Origin: Octopus sinensis
Taxonomy: Eukaryota
Reading direction: 5' to 3'
Assembly: GCF_006345805.1 (NCBI RefSeq)
Contig: NC_043000.1
Span: 133,796,001 to 133,860,000, forward strand
DNA length: 64,000 bases
Positions within the stretch are counted from its first letter, which is position 1. Each line of letters begins with the position of its first letter. The position numbers and the translations under genes are program-made. Shown in pieces: positions 36,561 through 49,270 of the stretch. Under the pieces are notes generated by a model that was given only the letters and a program-made list of their open reading frames with translations, ran no database searches and was not told the origin of the DNA.

Positions 36561-36926
36561 ACAGAGATGGACAGAAATAACCAGGCTTACAATTATGAAT
36601 AATAGTAAAAGGTGAAAACTATTCAAAGGTAAGGAATATATAAAGATAAAAGAAACTATATAAAGTGAAATAAAATTTGAAGAAAAACAATGTCATCAAG
36701 TTAATAATTAAAAGATGAGGTGGGTGAGGGTGGATGTAAATATTTAGTTCATGAAAGACATTTCACATGTTTAAATTGGCCTGTTTTGGTCTTTTGTATA
36801 AAGAACTGCTGGAAATAAATTATTATAAAATAACGAGACTTAATATTTTAATTTTTTGTTTGTTTTTACATCAGGTGAGGTGGAGGATTAATTCATAGAG
36901 AGCCATAAAACTATTATTAAATATAA

Positions 36927-37140
36927 AGTCAATCCAAACATGTAAACACAAAGAGAAAACACAGCAACGCAAGGACGTGGAACAAGCATAGTATTATTGG
37001 GTGCTCAGGAAAGAAGGAGGGTTTAACGTTTCGAGCAGAGTTTTCATCAGAAACATAGGAAAAGGAAAGATCCAAAGAAGGGAAGACGGAGGGAAAAAAA
37101 AAAAAAAAAAAAATCGCCAATGGTACACATGCGGTCACAT
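36927..37140 (-). mobile_element. About 210-bp solo hammerhead-bearing unit (Penelope pLTR/retrozyme-like), family H1
   Basis: Same ends and sequence as 55531-55740; adjacent to (TA)n. Confidence 0.75.
37021..37054 (-). ncRNA. Minimal type I hammerhead motif with damaged stem II
   Basis: GUUU CUGAUGA aaac-ucu-GCUC GAAAC GUU|AAAC; stem I GUUU/AAAC, palindromic AACGUU stem III. Confidence 0.6.
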
Positions 37141-37143
37141 TAT

Positions 37144-37180
<37 letters not shown>

Positions 37181-37219
37181 AATATTAGGGAATGAATCCA
37201 AACTTTTTTTGTCCCGAAT

Positions 37220-37273
<54 letters not shown>

Positions 37274-37359
37274 TAAATTTAGTCTTATTTACATTTTGAT
37301 TAATGCAAATCATCATTCTCACTAACTAAAAGTTCTATTTTAATATATTATTGTTTATC

Positions 37360-37823
37360 AATCCATTCTTATCTGCATCCGAGCATCTAAAAGCACCATC
37401 CAAGCATGATCATTGCAAGAGCAACAAACTGGCTTCTGTGCCAGTGGCACATAAAAAGCACCATTTGGGTGTGATCATTACCTGCGTCACCTTACTGGCA
37501 CTTGTGCTGGTGGCACATGAAAAAACATTTGAGCGAGGTCATTGCCAGTGCCACTGAACTGGCTCCTGTGCAAGTGGCATGTAAAAAGCACCATTTGAGC
37601 ATGGCCATTGCCAGTACTACCTGACTGGCCCTTGTGCCAGTGGCACATAAAAGCACCCACTACACTCTCAGAGTGGTTGGTGTTAGGAAGTGCATCCAGC
37701 TGTAGAAACTCTGCCAGGTTAAATTGGAGCCTGATGCAGCCATCTGGTTCGTCAGTCCTGAGTCAAATCGTCCAACCCATGCTAGCATGGAAAGCAGACG
37801 TTAAATGATGATGATGATGATGA
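37360..37823 (+). mobile_element. Family B RTE-type 3' end, forward orientation, (GAT)n tail
   Basis: ...ccaacccatgctagcatggaaagcagacgttaaatgatgatgatgatgatg. Confidence 0.85.
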
Positions 37824-38533
37824 TTCTGGAATAATCGCCCTTATTGCTTCAAATTCACTTTTTCATGCTTATAAAAGGTCAGGCAGAATTTGTTGGGGCA
37901 GATCTTCTATAGCTGTGTGCTTTTCTTGTTGTCAACCCTCAGGTAAAGTAATATTTCCCCATAGCTAGACGTGTTTTATTAATGGAAGATCAGAAACAAA
38001 TGATGATCGCTTATGACCATCATATGACATTAAAACAAGTGGAAATCCCTACACACCTTCACACACATACACAATAGGCTTCTTTCAGTTTCCATATGCC
38101 AAATCCACTCACAAGGCTTTTGGTCAGCCCAGAATTATAGTAGATGTTTGCATGGCATCTGAGCAAATTGTTCTTAAGCCCCAGATCAATCCTAAAGCAG
38201 CCACAACCATGGCCAAATATTTCAGCTGAACCATTTTCTCTTTCTGGAGGTATCTCGGTCAACATTATCTAACATTCAATCTTTTTCAAAAGATGGTAGG
38301 TTATGATTTAAGAGAGATGTGGCTAATATTTCTAACAGGTTGAGATATTTCTATCACTCATTAGATCCCCCCTCTCTCTCTGTTTCCTTGAAATGTAACA
38401 ATAGAGATTATCAATGCTGTCTCTTGATGGTCCTGAGAGTCAAGATTTTCGCGCAAAAATGGAAATTAGATTTCGTTTTGGGATTTGGGTTGCCAAGTTC
38501 TTTATATGAGTTTGAGCATTGAAGCATATTCTG

Positions 38534-38756
38534 TTGTGTCTGGGGAGAGTCATTTTCTTTTTGTGCCTTATAATGTAACACACTCACCGGTAAAATTTCC
38601 ACTTATTTCTCATTTTTATTTTCCTAAAATTTTCGTTGCATCTTGCAACCTTTTGAGTCAAGGAAAATTTTAGGAAATAAGAAATAAGTGGAAATTTTAC
38701 TGGTGAGTGTGTTACATTATAAGGCACAAAAAGAAAATGACTCTCCCCAGACACAA
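38534..38756. repeat. Fold-back element: 77-bp arms (38534-38610 / 38680-38756, 1 mismatch) plus about 18-bp inner arms
   Basis: Direct comparison. A 13-bp direct repeat aatggaaattaga lies at 38458-38470 and 38755-38767. Confidence 0.92.
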
Positions 38757-39394
38757 TGGAAATTAGAGTTGTAACTCTTACTTCCTTCATGAACACTAGC
38801 ACAGAAAATGAAGAGAAATAGCTAATCCAAGCTCCAAGACCTGAAACCCAGTTCAACAAGATTCTATATCAAAGACTCTGGCACTCATCATATTTTTGAA
38901 TAGCATAGTTAAATTAACATCTAACTGTTTATTCTATTCAACCATCACTAGTAGATTTCTTTCATTCAGTTGACACAAGTATATTCATTAAGATTCCAAA
39001 TAAATTAAGCAATGTATCCATGTGTACTACTAGTATTTATTTTTTTCTGTAATCTGGGGAGAAGAAGAAAGCTAATTAATGAAGTAAATGCTTAATGAGG
39101 TGAACATGATCACTTTAATTAATCAAAACTAAACTCATATTAAGCTGTAAAAGAAATTGAGGAAATCAACCAGACAAAGCTAAGAGAAATAACTAAAGCA
39201 AGGGAAAAAAATTAAAAACTAATTGATGCCAATATTTTAATCAATGTTGGTAATAGTAAGAGAAGCATAGTTTGACCTATAGCAGACATGGTGACAAATC
39301 TGGATATCTTTTAGTCATATTCAACCTCTTCAGTGAAACAGTCATTTACATATTGATAGATCAATGGAGATAGAAGAGTATGTGTATGTATATA

Positions 39395-39995
39395 TCATCA
39401 TTGTTTAATGTCCGCTTTCCATGCTAGCATGGGTTGGATGATTTGACTGAGGACTGGCAAACCAGATGGTTGCACCAGGCTCCAATCTGATCTGGTAGAG
39501 TTTCTACAGCTGGATTTCCTACCTAATGCCAACCACTCCGAGAGTGTAGTGGGTGCTTTTACATGCCACCGGCACGAGGGCCAGTCATGCAGTACTTGCA
39601 ACAGCCATGCTCAAATAGTGTTTTTTACATGCCACCTGCACAGGAGCCAGCCCAGCAGCACTGGCAATGACCTCACTCGAATGTTTTTTCATGTGCCACT
39701 AGCACAAGTGCCAGTAAGGCGATGCTGGTAACAATCATGCTCGAATAGTGCTTTTTACATGCCACCGGCACGGAAGCCTGTTTGCTGCTATGGCAATGAT
39801 CACACTTGTATGATACTCTTAGCGCTCCACTACCAAAGATGCCAGTCATCGAATTTGATTTTGATTTCGATTCCACTTGCCTCAACAGGTCTTCACAAGC
39901 AGAGTTTAAGTGTCCAATGAAGGAAAGGTATGCATAAGTGGGCTGGTTACACCCCTGGCATAGGCCACGAGGTTATGGTCTCACTTGGCTTCCTG
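39395..39995 (-). mobile_element. Family B RTE-type element, longer copy
   Basis: catcattgtttaatgtccgctttccatgctagc... followed by internal gtgcttttacatgccacc subrepeats. Confidence 0.82.
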
Positions 39996-40029
39996 GGTCT
40001 CAAGCACAGCATATTTCCAAAGGTTCCGG

Positions 40030-40072
<43 letters not shown>

Positions 40073-41298
40073 CAGAATGTATAAATGCTATGACAGAACA
40101 AAGCCTGAGGGAAATAAATAAAGGTCATCGTCCATTATAGTAGAGAAGTAATAAAGTAAACTTTATATACAATGTGGCATGCATGACGACCTTTATTAAA
40201 TAGAACTGTAACCAGATCAAGGAGAGGCAAACATTGTTGAACAATGCTTAAATCAATCAAACAAAGGAAAGGCTAACCATTCAAAATTAAAACAAATATT
40301 TGAAATGGATTGATGCACAAGACCTTGTGATTAATTACAATTGGAAATTGAAAATGTAATGAGAGGAATGTTGACTTGGGCTCATAATTAAAAACTATCG
40401 AGATTCAGTTTCTAACAGAGAGGATCTTAATCTTGCTTAAGCAAAAATACAAACATGTACTTAAAAGAGATGTTCTTGGCGACACCCTATATATGTACAA
40501 AATATAATTCATTTGTTATTTCTGAAGGGTTGGCCTGAAATTCAAATGTCAGAAGCAAATAGTAAAACCATGGCAGAATATTTACTTAAGGAATTATTCA
40601 TCTATTGAAAGGCAACTTCTTTCTAAAACATCTTAAAACAGTTGCTAGTCATCTGAGTATTTTCAATACACGTATCAACACTAATGTTAGAAGCATTTAC
40701 ATCGGACTATAAACTACTTATAGAAATTATGGACAGACTTTCTGTTAGTCATGTGCAAAATTACACACATGTGCACATGTGTGTTTGTGTGTGCACATGT
40801 GCAATAGAGAGATATCAAAATGAAATCAATAATATGCAACAGAATTATCACAATGTCCTATCCTGTGATACTCTAACAGACAATCAAGAACATTCAAACA
40901 ATTTCTATTTGGTATATAATTCGAAAGGAAATCTCTGCTGCAGTAATTATTATTGTCAAGATTGCCTGCAAGAGCACTGGCTTCTCATTTGCATTTTTTT
41001 TTTTTTTTTTTTTGTGGAGTGAGTGGGAAGAAATTGACTCATAAATAGCTGGTTTAAAGCATCCTACTTATAGAACAGAGTTAGATGACAAAGATATACA
41101 GGATTTCCAGTAAAATTCATGACTGTATAATTTGGATTCCATGGGAGAAAAGAAGATATTTCATGCTCTCTCTCTCAGAGTCCCAAAAAGTGAAATTCCT
41201 TTCAATCAAACTCATAAATTCACAGCATAATTTTCTCTAACACAGACCACCACTAGTTTCCTTAGAGTGGTCTTTTATCTGTCATACAGAATATATAT

Positions 41299-41507
41299 CG
41301 CCATGTTGAATCGCTAGCTTCTGCACGCATTTTTTTTCTCTCCTTGTTTCTCTCCGTGTTTCTTTTCTGTGTATCTTTCTGTTGAAGAGCGTAGGCTCGA
41401 AACGTAAAAGACTTGTTTTATTTATATTCCTGAGCGCCATACTAATACAATTGTTTGTTTGTACTACACCTGCCTTCGTCTTTTGTTTATTTTCATAAAG
41501 CTTCCTG

Positions 41508-41509
<2 letters not shown>
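41299..41509 (+). mobile_element. About 210-bp solo hammerhead-bearing unit, family H2, between TA tracts
   Basis: Layout parallels H1: poly-T, pyrimidine tract, hammerhead core, ttcctgagcgcc..taatac, 3' end at (TA)n. Confidence 0.7.
41374..41411 (+). ncRNA. Minimal type I hammerhead motif, core variant CUGUUGA
   Basis: UCUUU CUGUUGA A GAGC-GUAG-GCUC GAAAC GUA|AAAGA; 5-bp stem I, 4-bp stem II, palindromic ACGU stem III. Confidence 0.65.
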
Positions 41510-41546
<37 letters not shown>

Positions 41547-42049
41547 CTTTTGTATATTATTAATATAATAGCATATTTAGCAGCTATGTTATTTAGAAAG
41601 TAGTTGGTGTACCAGCAAACTATTGTCAAGAGAAAGTAAGTATTGTCATAGGTTAAGTTAGTTAAATGCAATGAATTGTGTTTCTTCATCCCTCGGCCAT
41701 GAACAATGAATATGAACAAGTAGTGAGTGTATTAGCTTGTCATTTAGTTTATAGCTTCAACAGAAAGAAAAGTATAATGGAAACTGATTATTATTTTATG
41801 AGTTCAGTATCTCATACATACTGATTAAGGTGTGCCATCGATAACAACATAAACAGAACATTAAAAACCAAACAAATTACAAAGCTGGCACCACAGTAGG
41901 AACTGTAAATAGGAATTTAATACCAAACAATGCTAATTTAAACAGCCTTACTACAGATAATGATTATTTATACTCTCTGTGGTATACTTGTTTTAGTAAA
42001 AGAGAAAAGAGTTTTGCTGCAATAATTTATAGTTAGGGTGGTAGGTTTC

Positions 42050-43180
42050 TGCCCATTTTCAGAGCCATTTCATATTAGCACTTCCTAAACGAGTTATATT
42101 TAGTAATGTATTATTAACTGGACAGCATTTGAATATGAATACACAACAAGCTTGTTGTGTATCAGTCCTTAACACTTCATCCCACATCTTCCCAGGTCCC
42201 CCACTTCCATAGGTACCATCTACTTTCAGTGATCGGCACTTCTTTATGCAGTTGTCCTCATTCATTCACATCACATGTCCAAACCAATGTAGTCTTCTCT
42301 CTTGCATGCTACATTTGATTCCTCTCATACCCAACTTTTCTCTCAATACATTTTTACTTTGTCATACAGGCACATCCAACAGAACATACTACCTTCATTT
42401 CTCTCCAGTCTACACGTCTTCTATATTCAAAGCCCATGTCTCACTACGTGGAGGCACGTGGCTTAGTGGTTAGGGTGTCAGCATCATGATCATAAGATTG
42501 TGGTTTCGATTCCTGGACTGGGCAATGTGTTCTGTTCTTGAGCAAAACACTTCATTTCACGTTGCTCCAGTTCACTTAGCTGGCAAAAATGAGTAACGCT
42601 GCGATGGACTGGCATCCCATCCAGCTGGGGAACACAAGCGTCATTGAAACTGGGAAATCAGGCCCATGAGCCTGGCTAGGCTTTAAAAAAGGGTGGAAGA
42701 GAAGAGATGTCTCACTACCATGGAGTATGGCTGTTCACACACACAAGCATCATAGAGTCCTTTTGTTGCCAACAGAAGTAATAGCTCTCCACCCAATTCT
42801 TATTCTAGAAACAATACTTTCAGAGCATCCTCCACCATTGCTAATTTGGTCACCTAGGAAACAGAAACTATCAACAACCTCAAGAGAGCCTCCTGGGCAT
42901 TTGAGAGAATCTAAGCCCTGTATGCTCTTAATGCTTATTGTTCCTGCACATCTGCCATATACAAAGATGACTTGACTTTATCTGTTAATCTACCTGTGAT
43001 TCCATTGGAAAAGAATATAAGAGGGTACAGTATGCAGCAATGAGTCAGGTAAAGAAAGACAGCAATAATAGCCAAAAGTACATGCACAGTACACAGGATG
43101 AAACAGAGGATGTCAGAAAAGTGAACAGTTGAAGAGCCATAAAGAGGAAAGGGTGCATAGGTACATCAGGAGTAGTGTTG
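42050..43180 (-). mobile_element. Decayed RTE-type LINE fragment interrupted by a SINE
   Basis: ORF 42059..42265 reads MNEDNCIKKCRSLKVDG...GPGKMWDEVL. The sequence continues after the SINE TSD. Confidence 0.65.
42448..42706 (+). mobile_element. SINE family D variant (same head and core, different tail)
   Basis: tggcttagtgg A-box and ggtttcgattcc B-box. 12-bp TSD atgtctcactac at 42436-42447 and 42707-42718. Confidence 0.88.
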
Positions 43181-43892
43181 GTAAAGGGAATTTTTGAAGG
43201 ATACAGTGTTCTGATAGCTAACAATCAGTGTAGGTAGTTTATATAACGTAATTTTACGTACCCTTAATGTGTCTTTTCATAATTGAAGATTATATGATGT
43301 AATTTGGCTGCTATTTCTGTAGGGCAAGCAATTATGTGTAGGCTACTTTATTAGCTAGATTGATGCCTAATTCAAAGAAATATTCAGCAAATGATGGTTG
43401 TTAGCAATAAATATTTTACACATGCATTATTGATCAACTAGATAATGATGGAATAACTGTACAGCTTTCACATGAAAGTGCCAAAAATAGCCGCTCTTGA
43501 AATCAAAGGGTGGATTAACTTGTGTGACATTTACTAAAAATAATTCTTTATATGGTTGGGTTGGTTTTATGATCTCACAGAATTCCATGATGAATTTGAT
43601 ACAATTAGTACAAAGCCTTATGAAATTTATCTAAGTGTTCATTAACAACACACTAAATGCAAATGTAAGGTTATCCAACATAGAAGAATTAGAAGGAAAA
43701 GAACCATACTTATAAATAATTGATATTCATTTATATTTCATTTTCTTTCAGGCATCACTGATATAATAATATTAATACGTACAGTATTTGTTCTCATCAT
43801 AACTATTTTTTTTCTCCCCATTTCTATTCCGTAAACACTTCCATTTCACATTCTCATGTTTGTACATGAGTGCATATACTATATATATATAT

Positions 43893-44010
43893 CAGGAGTG
43901 ATACTGGAATGGACATGGCCAGTCTGAAGGAAGCGGCCCAGGATAGAACTGACTGGAGGACACTGATCCAACGAGTGACCGAGAGTCGACTTCGACTGAG
44001 TGGATAGAGA
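43893..44010 (+). mobile_element. 5'-truncated BovB-like RTE 3' tip inserted in (TA)n
   Basis: Open frame DTGMDMASLKEAAQDRTDWRTLIQRVTESRLRLSG* ending at TAG 44005-44007. Confidence 0.7.
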
Positions 44011-44025
44011 TTTATTTATATATAT

Positions 44026-44091
<66 letters not shown>

Positions 44092-44186
44092 CACTGCAGT
44101 GAACATTTAATGTGGTTTTAGAGTCAAGATTTGGCTGCTATTTCCAGCGTGGTGGTATCTCTTAGATACTCTAAATTATAATTTTT

Positions 44187-44227
<41 letters not shown>

Positions 44228-44477
44228 TTGGGTTGGTGCATAATTATTGCAGCTTTTTTTTCAACAAATTGTATTCAACAAAAACTAACAATATTTGACA
44301 AAAACATCTTTAAATGATGGTCTGACCGTCTGCCAAGCAAATGGGAAGCAGTAATTGAAGTAGATGGTGAATATGCTCCAGAATAATCATTTAAAGCTGT
44401 TTTTGTTACATGTTGTTATTGTTTTTGTTGAATAAAATTTGTTGAAAAAAAGCCACAATAATTATGCACCAACCCAA
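44228..44477 (+). mobile_element. Mariner-derived MITE (250 bp)
   Basis: TIRs ttgggttggtgcataattattg (extendable to about 60 bp), TA at 44478-44479. Internal RLPSKWEAVIEVDGEYAPE* is a transposase C-terminus. Confidence 0.88.
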
Positions 44478-45424
44478 TATATATATATATATACATATAC
44501 ACTCACTATACACACACACACACAGCAAACTTTTTGAAGTTTGTGTATACCAAATTCCATTCAAAAGATATTGATCAACATGAAGCTATAGATGAAGGTA
44601 CTTGCCTAAGATACATGGCATTGTGCAGGTGGACTAAATCAGTGAACTTCTTAACCAAACAGCCAAACTTATGTAATTCTTTCAAATAACATTACCCATC
44701 TCAGTCTTGCTCAATTCTCCCCAATAAAGCTTTCATATTCATATGAAAGCATAAAAAAAAATTCTTTTATTCACCTAAATGCAATTTATTTCTGTCAAAA
44801 TATCAGTTAGTAAAAGGTGAGAGAAGTGAAAGAGAGAGATAAGCAGATAGAAAGAAAGAGAGATAAAAAAAGTTATATAGATGGAAGTAGAAAGCACCGA
44901 ATTGCTAAATATTTCAACAGCATGCAATATCTTACAAAAATATCCAACCAACTATTTACAATATTACATGTGCCAGGTTAGGTTTATATTCTCCTAAGTT
45001 ATATCAATATATAGCTCCAATGACCAAGGCTTGTGGCAAGTAAGATGTAACACCTGTAGAACTGGTTCTTTTATAGCAAAAGAAAATAAGTACATCTTCC
45101 TATATGAAGTTGCTTTGTGTTTTTTATTGCTAGACTTTTCTGTCGTAAAGTTATCTTCATAGACCAAAGAGAGCAGAATTAAATGTTTTTGCTAAAAGTG
45201 CAAAGTAACAGTTATTTACATCATGGTGTGAACTTGTGATACAATAATCGGTAATCTTCTGATACGATATTAAATTAGCCACTTTTGCCACTGATTAAAT
45301 AATGCACTAAGAAATAATTCTTGCGAGTTTATAATAATTGCACAGATTGCTGTAATGATAGTCAGACATAAGAAAACAATTATCCAACTATACTATATAG
45401 CATATATACATAAATATTTCCTCT

Positions 45425-46400
45425 CCCAATTGATTGTCCCAATTTTCAAAAGAGGCAACAAATTGCAGGCAGTGACTTGTCAACTGATCCCACTTACCTC
45501 TTATATTGTCAAATTATTTGAGAGAGTGGTGAGGTTTTGAGTAAGTCACTTTCTGAAAAGTAATGGCCTACTTATTTCCAACCAGCATGGTTACAGCAAT
45601 GGCAGGGACTGTTTAACACAGCTCCTGCATCACTTTGATGACATCCTAAAGGCTCTGGTAGAGGGTTCCAATACAGATGTCATCTACCTGGACTTCAGCA
45701 AGGCCTTTGACTAGATTGACTGCAACATTCTATTAAAGAAATTATTGGCCAGTGGAGTCCAAGGGAAACTGTTAAAGTGGGTTGAATGTTTATGGTGAAT
45801 AGAACCCAGCATGTGGTGATACATGGTGTTTAATCAAGATCAGCAAGAGTCATCATTAAAGACAGCAGTATTAGAATTTCTGCAGATGACTAAGTTTCTG
45901 AAAGTAGTTGAGAGGACAGGAGACTGGACTAATCTCCAATCAGATATACTCACTGTTATTTGATTGGTGGAAAAACACAATATACAGCTAAATGAGAATA
46001 AATTTGAATTAATCCACTTTGGTAAAGAGGCTGTAATTATGCTATCATTCACTCTTCCCTCGGGCAAAAACCTTGTGGCATCAAACACCACCAGGGACAA
46101 CAATTTAAACTAGAGTGCCTATATAAATAACAAAATCGACAAAGCCTACAGGGCATGCTTCTGGATCCTTAGGACTTTTCAGTTTAGAGATGCTCCTACC
46201 ATTATCTTTCTCTTCTTCAACTTCACCTGTCCTCACCTTGAATATTGTTGTCCACTGAGGTCTCCCAAAACAAAACAAGGTATTATAAAAATTGAAGAAC
46301 CCCAAAAATCAATCATAAAAAGATTAGACAAGGTTGTGATTATTGGGATCATTTCGAGAAACTCAAACTTTATTCCTGCCAAAGCCACCATGTGCACTAT
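45425..46400 (+). mobile_element. CR1-type LINE reverse transcriptase fragment (pseudogenised)
   Basis: PIFKRG, LTSYIVKLFERVV, NQHGY, DVIYLDFSKAFD, ADD and LEYCCP remnants with stops and frameshifts. Confidence 0.88.
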
Positions 46401-46719
46401 ATCATTTTTATAATGAGGAGAACAATTCACTGCCTAACAACAATCAATGATTTTTGTTTTAAGCAGAAGGCAAACAACAACAATAATGATTCTAATTTTT
46501 GGCATAAGGCCAACAACCTTGAGAGGAGGGGTAAGTAAATTAGAATGACCCACTAGTTCTTGATTGGTATTTATTTTATCAACTCTGGAAGGTTGAACAG
46601 TAAAATTGACTTCAACAGTATTCGAACTCAGAATGTAAAGCCAGAAGAAATGTTGCTTAGCATTTTATCTGGCATGCTAACAATTCTGCCAACACACAAT
46701 AATAATAATAATAATAATA

Positions 46720-47470
46720 ATAAACCACCAGGTCAACGTATTAAAGAATAGCAGTAACCCATTCTGTTGTGCATGTCAACAACAAAATGAAACCATTGAT
46801 CATGTTGTCTTCATGTGCAGTCTTCTTGCGCCTACAGAATATCTCAACAGCGCAGTATATTCACTGGGTAATTTGCAAAAATCCAGACCTGCCCCAACTG
46901 GTGGGAACACAAACCACCTCCAGTGCTTGAAAATGATCACATCTCACTCCTCTGGAACTTCACCATTGAAATTGACAGAAAGATACATTATATTGAAAGA
47001 CTTCAGGCAAAAATCATGCCTCCTCATTGATATGACTGTCCCAGTCGACATAAATGTACCTGTCAAAACCTATCAAAACTGAGCATCTTGAAATAGAAAT
47101 TGGCAAAATGTGGAACCTCAAGACTAAAACAATACCTGTTGTCATAAGTGCCCTAAGATAGCAAAAGGGGCTGATTGCTACCTAGCTCAGATACCAGGAA
47201 ACCCCCAAAATGGCAGAAATTCAAAAGATAGTACTCGTGGAAACTGCCCATATCCTGCGTAAAATATTGTCTATGTAATCTCAAATTTTAAAACAAACTC
47301 ATAATTTTCTTGTTTTCTTAAATATTCTCTAGAACAATACTATGTGCAAAACCAAATATATGACATCCTAGTTATAACACCAACATGAACTTCTAATTTG
47401 TTGTCTCTTGAGGTCTCTGAGTGAGACTTGGAGCCAACTTGTACAAATACAAAAGTCAAATATAATAATA
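46720..47470 (+). mobile_element. 3' fragment of an RLE-type non-LTR retrotransposon (R4/Dong/NeSL-like) between (TAA)n tracts
   Basis: IILKDFRQKSCLLIDMTVP and TIPVVISAL resemble restriction-like endonuclease motifs. (AAT)n at about 46698-46722 and 47462-47472. Confidence 0.72.
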
Positions 47471-47724
47471 ATAAAATAAATAAATTAAAGTTAAATTGTC
47501 TATAAAATTAAATAGAAAATAATATGAGCTATAAATAATATGAAAACAGAATATGAGCCACCTAATAGCAAAATAGCTGTGCATAACCTTTAAAAAAAAA
47601 ATGGCTATGAACATTTTAAGATAAAAGGTAAAGCATCAGATTTTATTTCAACTGTTGGCAAGTTTTTAGAAAATATTCCTATTTAATAGCAATTAGCTAA
47701 ATAAGTAAATACACAAACTATAAC

Positions 47725-47896
47725 AAGCATAGAAGCAGCTGTGTGGTAAGTAGCTTGCTTACAAACCACAAAGTTCCAGGTTCAGTCCCACTGTGTGGCA
47801 CCTTGGGCAAGTGTCTTCTACTATAGCCTCAGGTCGACCAAAGCCTTGTGAGTGGATTTGGTAGATGGAAACTGAAAGAAACCCATCGTATATATG

Positions 47897-47931
<35 letters not shown>

Positions 47932-48088
47932 ATGTCTTTGTCCCCCCCAACATCGCTTGACAACCGAATAGAATAAGTACTAGGCTTGTAAAGAATAAGT
48001 CCTGGAGTCAATTTGTTTGACTGAAGGCAGTGCTCCAGCATGGCCACAGTCAAATGACTGAAACAAGTAAAGGAGTAAAAGAGAGTAA
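47725..48088 (+). mobile_element. SINE family A copy with an internal deletion in the body
   Basis: gacaaccga joins directly to atagaataag, skipping the segment present in the 30959 and 57288 copies. Confidence 0.85.
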
Positions 48089-48872
48089 GAAAGTACAGCC
48101 TTGATTTTGATGAAACTAAACAGTTTTGTTCCCTTAGGTTTATGTAAAAATACAATGACTAAAGGAGGTAGGTGTTTCTCTGTGAGAAAAGTAAATAAAT
48201 CTGATACCTAAATTTATAATAATAATAATGATAATGATAATAATAATTAATGAAACATACAAATTCTCAAATCATTAAACCTTTTAAGTACTTTATATGT
48301 TGCCAGAGTCAGGTATATGGTGAGTAACTATAGCTTTGTAATCCAAGTTAACAAAAAGAAGAGCAACAAACACGATAGACAAGTGGTAATAGCCATCAAA
48401 GAATATAATGCCTGTAATTTTATATATTCTTGACTTCGCAGTAGGTGAGTCTGTTGCTGATCATTAGTATTTGCTTTTTTTTTTTTTGCTATCCAATCTT
48501 TCATTAAGTGAAATTAATTGTATTGAGAGGTTCATGCAGCTAATCATCTATTGTGTAAATAAAACCACAAAGTAAATAGTTCTCATTTGTCAATGAAAAC
48601 AAACTTTGTAGAGATTTTGCCAGAGTAAAACTTGTATTCACAATTTAGACATTTCTCAGTTGGTATATTTTTTTAAACCAAAATGTACAGTAAACTCAGG
48701 TTTAAATAGTGTGTAGGTGTTATTTTGATTATAATCCTCTATTTTAAAAAAAGTTTTGATATTTATTCAGAAAATATTGTGATAATATGAATGGTTTTTT
48801 TTTTCGTTTTAAAAATTACATTTTGTTGCAAGCTTGGTTCTGTGGCTTAGAAGGTCACTTCCCAACCACATA

Positions 48873-49081
48873 CACTTTTACTTGTTTCAGTCATTTGACT
48901 GTGGCCATGCTGGAGTACCGCCTTTAATCGAGCAAATCGACCCCAGGACTTATTCTTTGTAAGCCTAGTACTTATTCTATTGGTCTCTTTTGCCGAACCG
49001 CTAAGTTATGGGGATGTAAACACACCAGCATTGGTTGTCAAGCGATGTTGGGGGACAAACACAGACAAACACACACATATG

Positions 49082-49122
<41 letters not shown>

Positions 49123-49270
49123 GACAGGCTTCTTTCAATTTCCATCTACCAAATCCACTCACAAGGCTTTGGTCGGCCCGAGGCTATAGTAGAAGACACT
49201 TGCCCAAGTGCCACGCAGTGGGACTGAGCCCGGAACCATGTGGTTGGTAATCAAGCTACTTACCGCACAG
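48873..49270 (-). mobile_element. Young SINE family A copy nested in an older forward copy (about 48830-49430)
   Basis: The older head ...cccaaccaca breaks at 48870 and resumes at tggttataagttcagtc (49272). Confidence 0.8.

Noticed and set aside
35550-36626. Long Phe/Ser/Leu-rich and Glu/Arg-rich ORFs
   Set aside because: Translations of purine-rich low-complexity tracts and (AG)n repeats.
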